A program made the translations under genes and the position numbers. The notes under the pieces were generated by a model. The model saw only the letters and a program-made list of their open reading frames with translations, ran no database searches and was not told where the DNA came from. DNA of 64,000 bases, taken from positions 10,359 through 74,358 of the forward strand of contig QNFE01000001.1 of assembly GCA_003645455.1 (NCBI GenBank), read 5' to 3'. How positions within the stretch are numbered: the stretch's first letter is position 1; every line of letters begins with the position of its first letter. Shown here in pieces: positions 59,122 through 64,000 of the stretch. Origin of the DNA: Gammaproteobacteria bacterium (GTDB taxonomy: Bacteria > Pseudomonadota > Gammaproteobacteria > QNFE01).

Positions 59122-61045
59122 GGAGAAAATTTATAACCTGTTGAGTGTCTTGGGTATGGGGAAAATATGACAAACTATTTAAAAAAGTTTTGCCATAAAA
59201 TTTGCTATTTATTCTACCATCTCCTATCATCAAAACTCCATAATCATCAACTCCACGGATAAGCCTGCCTGCTCCTTGTTTCAAAGTTATAACTGCCTCG
59301 GGAATTGAGAGGATTTCAAATGGATTGAGGTTTTGTTGTTTTAGTTTGTTTGCCCTTGCGACAAAAACAGGATCAGCAGGCGAGGAGAACGGAATTTTAT
59401 CAATAATGACACAACATAAATCCTGCCCCTTAACATCAACTCCTTCCCAAAAACTTTTTGTGGCAAGTAAAATAGAATTTTTATCGGTGATAAATTTTTC
59501 AGTTAGTTGCATTTTTGGCATATCACCCTGCACCAATAAAGAAAATTCATCTTTTAATAATGCCACGGCTTCATTGAGTGATTTATAACTGCTAAATAAT
59601 AAAAAACAACGACCATTAGCTGCTTTGATAAGAGGTTTTGCCGACTCCATAAGTCTGGCGATGAAATCACTATTCTGTGGATTTAGATCATTTTTGTTCG
59701 TATATAACATCGCTTGTTTGTTATAATCAAATGGGCTGCCGACTATAATCTGTTGGGATTCTTTGATGCCTAATTTATTTTGAAAGTCATTAAAGTTATT
59801 GTTAATGCTAAGAGTGGCTGAGGTAAAAATCCAGCTGGCATCAGAGGAATGTATATGTTTTGAAAAATAGTTAGCAATTGATAGGGGAGTTTTATGAAGC
59901 TTGTAATTATTTTTAAAAACTTCAAACCATTTTATGTGGTTATCGTTTTTATCCTTATCATTGTTATCATTATTATTATTGTTACTAAACCAATTTGTTA
60001 AAAAACTTGTTATCGTTGATAATTTATTTGAATGGGATTCAATAGATTTTTCGTCCTTGTGCGGTTTTAGTTGTTTTTGCAAGGCTCCAATGGCATCAAT
60101 CACCGAATCATAGGCTTGATATATATTTTTATTATTTTTTATATCGTCTTGGGGTTTTTTTTGTTGATGTGGACCAAAACTTGCAACAAGTTTTAGGTTG
60201 GCATTATTGAGTTTTTCAGTATATTCTTTAATGGCATAATCACCTGAGATTTGAAACATATCATTAAAAATATCCGTAGTTAGTAGATTTATTTGTTTGT
60301 TAGAGAAATGCTCGCTAAAAAAAGATGTTGCACTTTGTTCAATCTTATGTGCTTCATCAATAATAAAAATTCCAGCGGACGGTAAAATTTCTCCTATGCC
60401 ATCACTCTGCTCTTTAATCGCCATATCGGCACATAACAAATGATGATTAACCACCAATAAATCAGCATCTAATGCCAGCTCGCGGGCTTGATAAAAATAA
60501 CACTCTTTATGTTGAGGGCAATCAGACCGCAGACAATTATCATTGTTTGAGGTGACTTTGAACCACCAGTTACTATTTTCGCTAACGGATGTAAGCTCTG
60601 ATATCTCACCTGATCCGGTGGTATTTGACCAATTTATTATGTCTTTAAATTCCCTCTCTGGATAGTAGAAATTAAAACTATTGGAGAATTGTTGAATTGA
60701 GCCTAATCGATATAAACAAAGATAATTGGAACGTCCTTTTAAAAGATGAATTTTTAAATTAAGTTCCAGGGTATTTTGCACTTTGGGAATATCACTATAA
60801 AATAATTGATCTTGCAGATGTTTTGTGCCAGTTGAGATAATGGTTTGTATCCCTGATAACATGGCAGGCACGAGATAAGCAAAGGTTTTGCCGACCCCTG
60901 TTCCTGCCTCTGATATTAAAATATCGTTATTTTTGATGGCAGATTCTATCGCAATGGATAGATCTAATTGTGGAGCACGAGCCTTAAAATTTTCAAGTTT
61001 TTTTTCAAAAATTCCATCTGTGGATAGGATTGATTGGATTTTCAT
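59102..61045 (-). CDS. DinG/YoaA-family ATP-dependent DNA helicase (Fe-S)
   Basis: Walker A (AGTGVGKT), DEAH box (IIDEAH), and a four-cysteine Fe-S insertion (CLRSDCPQHKEC). An Asn/Asp-rich low-complexity insert is present (NNNNDNNDKDKND). Confidence 0.75.
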   Translation of the reverse strand: MKIQSILSTDGIFEKKLENFKARAPQLDLSIAIESAIKNNDILISEAGTGVGKTFAYLVPAMLSGIQTIISTGTKHLQDQLFYSDIPKVQNTLELNLKIHLLKGRSNYLCLYRLGSIQQFSNSFNFYYPEREFKDIINWSNTTGSGEISELTSVSENSNWWFKVTSNNDNCLRSDCPQHKECYFYQARELALDADLLVVNHHLLCADMAIKEQSDGIGEILPSAGIFIIDEAHKIEQSATSFFSEHFSNKQINLLTTDIFNDMFQISGDYAIKEYTEKLNNANLKLVASFGPHQQKKPQDDIKNNKNIYQAYDSVIDAIGALQKQLKPHKDEKSIESHSNKLSTITSFLTNWFSNNNNNDNNDKDKNDNHIKWFEVFKNNYKLHKTPLSIANYFSKHIHSSDASWIFTSATLSINNNFNDFQNKLGIKESQQIIVGSPFDYNKQAMLYTNKNDLNPQNSDFIARLMESAKPLIKAANGRCFLLFSSYKSLNEAVALLKDEFSLLVQGDMPKMQLTEKFITDKNSILLATKSFWEGVDVKGQDLCCVIIDKIPFSSPADPVFVARANKLKQQNLNPFEILSIPEAVITLKQGAGRLIRGVDDYGVLMIGDGRINSKFYGKTFLNSLSYFPHTQDTQQVINFLHEHTGN

Positions 61046-61048
61046 ATT

Positions 61049-61471
61049 CTATTTTAACATAAGTTTTTGAATTTGCAACTGTGCTTCTTTGGCGCCTGGA
61101 ATATCTCCTCTTTGAGTGCGAGCGTGCTCTATTATGCTCCAATTACGATAAACTATATTCTTTTCATTATTAGCAAAAGAGTTAGATTTCATTGCTAGGT
61201 TTTCAGCAAGTATAGATTTACGAATCCTTAGTTTAACCTCAGCATGTCTGCTTAGAATTGCCGGATTTTTAGGGGATAATTTTTGTGCCTGAGTCAGATA
61301 TTCATCGGCTTTAAAATATTCGTTTTTTTTGATAGCATCCTCAGATAATTGCCACATTTTGCCAGCCTCTGGGTTTTGTATAACCCAGGTATGTTGCAAT
61401 GGTTTATCAGGGGCGGACTGACAAGAGATAAGAGTAAGTATAAAAATAAGAAATAATAATTTTTTTATCAT
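61049..61471 (-). CDS. Hypothetical lipoprotein
   Basis: Signal peptide with a lipobox (LTLISC). 140 aa. No recognisable motifs. Confidence 0.4.
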   Translation of the reverse strand: MIKKLLFLIFILTLISCQSAPDKPLQHTWVIQNPEAGKMWQLSEDAIKKNEYFKADEYLTQAQKLSPKNPAILSRHAEVKLRIRKSILAENLAMKSNSFANNEKNIVYRNWSIIEHARTQRGDIPGAKEAQLQIQKLMLK

Positions 61472-61531
61472 AAAATAGCCTGTTTAAAACTTGAAATTAT
61501 AACACAACAACTCAATAAAGAGTAAAAATTT

Positions 61532-62251
61532 ATGAAAAATATAGCAATTATAGGTGGAAGTGGTGTCATAGAATTAAAATCCTTTGTTAGAAAAAAACAA
61601 ATAGAGGTTTTGACTCCATATCATGATAATCCGGTTTTTTTACAGGCAGGAACATTCGCCAATAGAGAAATTATTTTTTTATCAAGACATGGAATAAATA
61701 ACGATATTCCAGCTCATAGGATAAATTATCTGGCTAATATTTATGCTTTAAAGCAACAGGGTGTTCAGAATATTTTTGCTATCAATACCTGCGGTGGTAT
61801 AGATTTAAAACCCTTAGATATTGTTATTCCTAACCAACTAATAGACTATACCACAAATCGTGCCAATAGTTATTTTGATGATGAAATAAAACACCTAGAT
61901 TTTACCTATCCTTTTAGTGAAAAATTAAGACATATAGTTATACATGCATCAAAAAACTGTCAAGATAAAATAATCCGCCATGCAACATATGCGGTAAGCT
62001 CAGGCCCTCGTTTAGAAACTTGTGCCGAGATAGAGAGATTTAAAAAAGATGGTTGTAATATTGTAGGGATGACTGCAATGCCAGAGGCTTCCTTAGCGCG
62101 TGAATTATCAATAGAATACATTTGTATCGCAGTAGTTGTAAACTATGCCGCAGGAGTTTTAGGACAAAAAATTGATATCAAAGATGTCAAAGAAAATAAC
62201 AAAATCGGCACAGAAAAAATAATTGATCTAATCAAAAATGTTTTGCAATGA
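61532..62251 (+). CDS. mtnP: S-methyl-5'-thioadenosine phosphorylase (PNP family 2)
   Basis: N-terminus 'IAIIGGSGV' and the MTAP-type core. 239 aa. Confidence 0.75.
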   Translation: MKNIAIIGGSGVIELKSFVRKKQIEVLTPYHDNPVFLQAGTFANREIIFLSRHGINNDIPAHRINYLANIYALKQQGVQNIFAINTCGGIDLKPLDIVIPNQLIDYTTNRANSYFDDEIKHLDFTYPFSEKLRHIVIHASKNCQDKIIRHATYAVSSGPRLETCAEIERFKKDGCNIVGMTAMPEASLARELSIEYICIAVVVNYAAGVLGQKIDIKDVKENNKIGTEKIIDLIKNVLQ

Positions 62252-62703
62252 TAGTCCATCTTTTAAGCATAAGTGACAAACCTCAATCTTGGATACAAGA
62301 GGGAATAAATGAGTATAAAAAAAGATTACAGCAAGATTGTATCTTACAGCAGTCTTTTATAAAACCCATAAAAATTAACAATAAAACTCCCAGTCAACAA
62401 AGTAAAATAATTTTATCCGAGATTAAAAAAGACTCAATTTTAATTGCCACAGACGAAAGAGGCAAAAAAATATCAAGCATAGATTATGCTAATATCTTAA
62501 AACAATACATAGAAAATCACCAGAATATAACAATTATAGTAGGAGCAAGTGACGGCTTGCCAGAGAGCATAAAAAACAAAGCATCACAGGTTTGGTCGTT
62601 ATCTAATATGACATATCCTCATAAAATAGCCCAACTTATCATAGCCGAGCAAACCTATCGTGCTTGGAGTATAATCAAAAATCACCCATATCATCGCAGC
62701 TAA
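62248..62703 (+). CDS. rlmH: 23S rRNA (pseudouridine1915-N3)-methyltransferase
   Basis: SPOUT family (YbeA/RlmH), 151 aa, conserved C-terminal knot region. Overlaps mtnP by 4 bp. Confidence 0.8.
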   Translation: MIVHLLSISDKPQSWIQEGINEYKKRLQQDCILQQSFIKPIKINNKTPSQQSKIILSEIKKDSILIATDERGKKISSIDYANILKQYIENHQNITIIVGASDGLPESIKNKASQVWSLSNMTYPHKIAQLIIAEQTYRAWSIIKNHPYHRS

Positions 62704-62722
62704 TCAGATCTTTCTATATTTA

Positions 62723-62792
62723 GAGACCTTTGCATAAATCAAATGCTGTTTAGAGAATGCAGAAAATAGTGCTTGATTTATGCAAAGGTCTC
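62723..62792. mobile_element. Second, internally deleted copy (70 bp) of the MITE-like element, in the rlmH-ppsA spacer
   Basis: Terminal inverted repeats 'gagacctttgcataaatcaa' and 'ttgatttatgcaaaggtctc'. The flanking 5 bp 'attta' is duplicated (62718-62722 and 62793-62797). The core 'gctgtttagagaatgcagaaaatagtgc' is shared with the copy at 52602-52761. Confidence 0.65.
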
Positions 62793-62905
62793 ATTTAGAT
62801 ATTTCATACAAAAAATATTTTATAAGATAATTTGTTTTGTTCTTTTGTGCTTGATTTATTTAACTATTTTTATTACAATACTTATTTTTTTACATAAGTT
62901 GAATT

Positions 62906-64000
62906 ATGAATAATTTAGTGTCAGACTTATCATCTCTGAGGATGGATGATGTAGCTATGGTAGGCGGTAAAAATGCCTCACTCGGTGAAATGATTAGCAA
63001 TTTATCAAAAGCAGGTGTATCGGTCCCTGGCGGTTTTGCCACAACCTCATATGCTTTTATGTCTTTTTTGAAAAAAAATGGCTTGCAAGATAAAATCAAC
63101 AAAACTTTGGATGATTTAGATACAAGTGATTTAAAAGCTTTAAAAAACACTGGCAAAAAAATCCGTCAATGGGTGCGAGATACTTCTTATTCTGCTGAAT
63201 TTATTGCAGCTGTTAAATCATCATATAAGAATATGATGAAAGATGGTGAATATGCTGTGGCAGTTCGCAGCTCTGCCACTGCCGAAGATTTACCAGATGC
63301 CTCGTTTGCAGGACAACAAGAGACTTTTTTAAATATCAAGGGTTTTGAAAATGTCCTATCTGCCATCAAAGATGTTTTTGCCTCTTTGTATAATGATCGT
63401 GCCATATCTTATCGTGAGCATCAAGGTTTTGCCCACTCTGAGGTAGCATTATCCGCCGGTATTCAAAAAATGGCTCGCTCGGATATAGGTGCATCGGGTG
63501 TAATGTTTTCAATGGATACAGAAAGCGGATTTTCTGATGTAGTTTTTATAACTGCGGCTTATGGACTGGGAGAGACTGTTGTGCAGGGCGCGGTAAACCC
63601 AGATGAATTTTATGTTTCCAAAAAAATCCTATCAACCAACAAACCTGCCATAGTGAGTAAAAATCTGGGTTCTAAAAAAATCAAAATGATTTATACCGAT
63701 AAATTAGCCCACGACAAAACAATTAAAACGGTTGAGGTAGATAAAAAACTAAGAAAGAAGTTTTGTTTATCTGATGAGCATATCACTAAACTTGCACAAT
63801 ATGCGATGATTATTGAAAAACACTATAAACGTCCGATGGATATTGAGTGGGCTCTCGATGGCGAAGATAATAAACTCTATATTTTACAAGCTCGCCCTGA
63901 AACGGTGCAAAGTCGCACAGATTCTGCGGTATTAGAGAGATATGAATTACAACAGAGGTCAGAGGTAATAGTAGATGGACGTGCAATAGGACAAAAAATA
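62906..64000 (+). CDS. ppsA: Phosphoenolpyruvate synthase (N-terminal part; continues beyond the window)
   Basis: Open frame from the ATG at 62906 to the window end. The N-terminal ATP-grasp region matches PpsA (VGGKNASLGEM, ...AVRSSATAEDLPDASFAGQQETFLN...). Confidence 0.8.
   Translation, partial: MNNLVSDLSSLRMDDVAMVGGKNASLGEMISNLSKAGVSVPGGFATTSYAFMSFLKKNGLQDKINKTLDDLDTSDLKALKNTGKKIRQWVRDTSYSAEFIAAVKSSYKNMMKDGEYAVAVRSSATAEDLPDASFAGQQETFLNIKGFENVLSAIKDVFASLYNDRAISYREHQGFAHSEVALSAGIQKMARSDIGASGVMFSMDTESGFSDVVFITAAYGLGETVVQGAVNPDEFYVSKKILSTNKPAIVSKNLGSKKIKMIYTDKLAHDKTIKTVEVDKKLRKKFCLSDEHITKLAQYAMIIEKHYKRPMDIEWALDGEDNKLYILQARPETVQSRTDSAVLERYELQQRSEVIVDGRAIGQKI

Noticed and set aside
1-64000. rRNA or tRNA genes, prophage or integrase, IS transposases
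   Set aside because: I scanned the intergenic regions and the ORF translations and found none. The MITE-like elements have no cognate transposase in this window.

Overview
This is a 64 kb chromosomal window from a very AT-rich bacterium that looks gammaproteobacterial; I cannot assign it to a genus from sequence alone. Housekeeping backbone, in order:
- Positions 133-14021 (minus strand): a complete dcw cell-wall and division cluster, mraZ-rsmH-ftsL-ftsI-murE-murF-mraY-murD-ftsW-murG-murC-murB-ddl, with several ATGA stop/start overlaps.
- 14269-16596: a SulP anion permease and a LysE-type exporter.
- 16664-21203: a Type III restriction-modification system (Mod plus Res).
- 21203-22725: EamA and LysE-type exporters.
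- 22870-25920: msbA, exbD, exbB and an IHF-like gene.
- 26048-29630: glmU and glmS, separated by an approximately 390 bp repeat-filled spacer.
- 29837-38805: an orphan PilC/GspF-like gene, a rhodanese, rsgA, a small CxxCH protein, an M48 protease, prmC, a DnaQ-like exonuclease, a cNMP/CBS/DUF294 protein, a coiled-coil protein and pyrD.
- 44965-51310: a TRAP dctPQM transporter divergent from sdhCDAB.
- 54943-64000: queA, a NUDIX hydrolase, dnaG, tsaB, a DinG/YoaA helicase, a lipoprotein, mtnP, rlmH and the 5' part of ppsA.

Two accessory patches stand out.
- A defence islet at about 38.8-44.3 kb, next to pyrD. It holds a YhcG/DUF1016 PDDEXK nuclease and a 1096 aa single-chain nuclease-methyltransferase-TRD enzyme of Type IIG (MmeI-like) architecture. 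That enzyme is translationally coupled to an upstream vapBC toxin-antitoxin pair. Between them sits a 210 bp mosaic relic stitched from diverged pieces of pyrD and of the RM gene interior. A GC-rich palindrome is inserted in-frame inside the RM gene.
- A toxin-antitoxin-rich islet at about 51.3-54.9 kb, directly after sdhB where sucAB would be expected. It holds a nonsense-interrupted ORF coupled to sdhB, hicA, a hicB split by a 160 bp MITE-like element, a DUF4143 ATPase and hepT/mntA.

Three small repeat families recur in the window:
- A 22 bp perfect GC palindrome, 'acaagggggcatgcccccttgt', at three sites.
- A MITE with about 21 bp terminal inverted repeats and a 5 bp target-site duplication, present twice.
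- Elements of the 'cccgtcattgcgagcgg...gcaatctc' type, between glmU and glmS and at the 3' end of the RM gene.

I saw no rRNA or tRNA genes, no CRISPR array, no transposase or integrase gene, and no Tn7 downstream of glmS.
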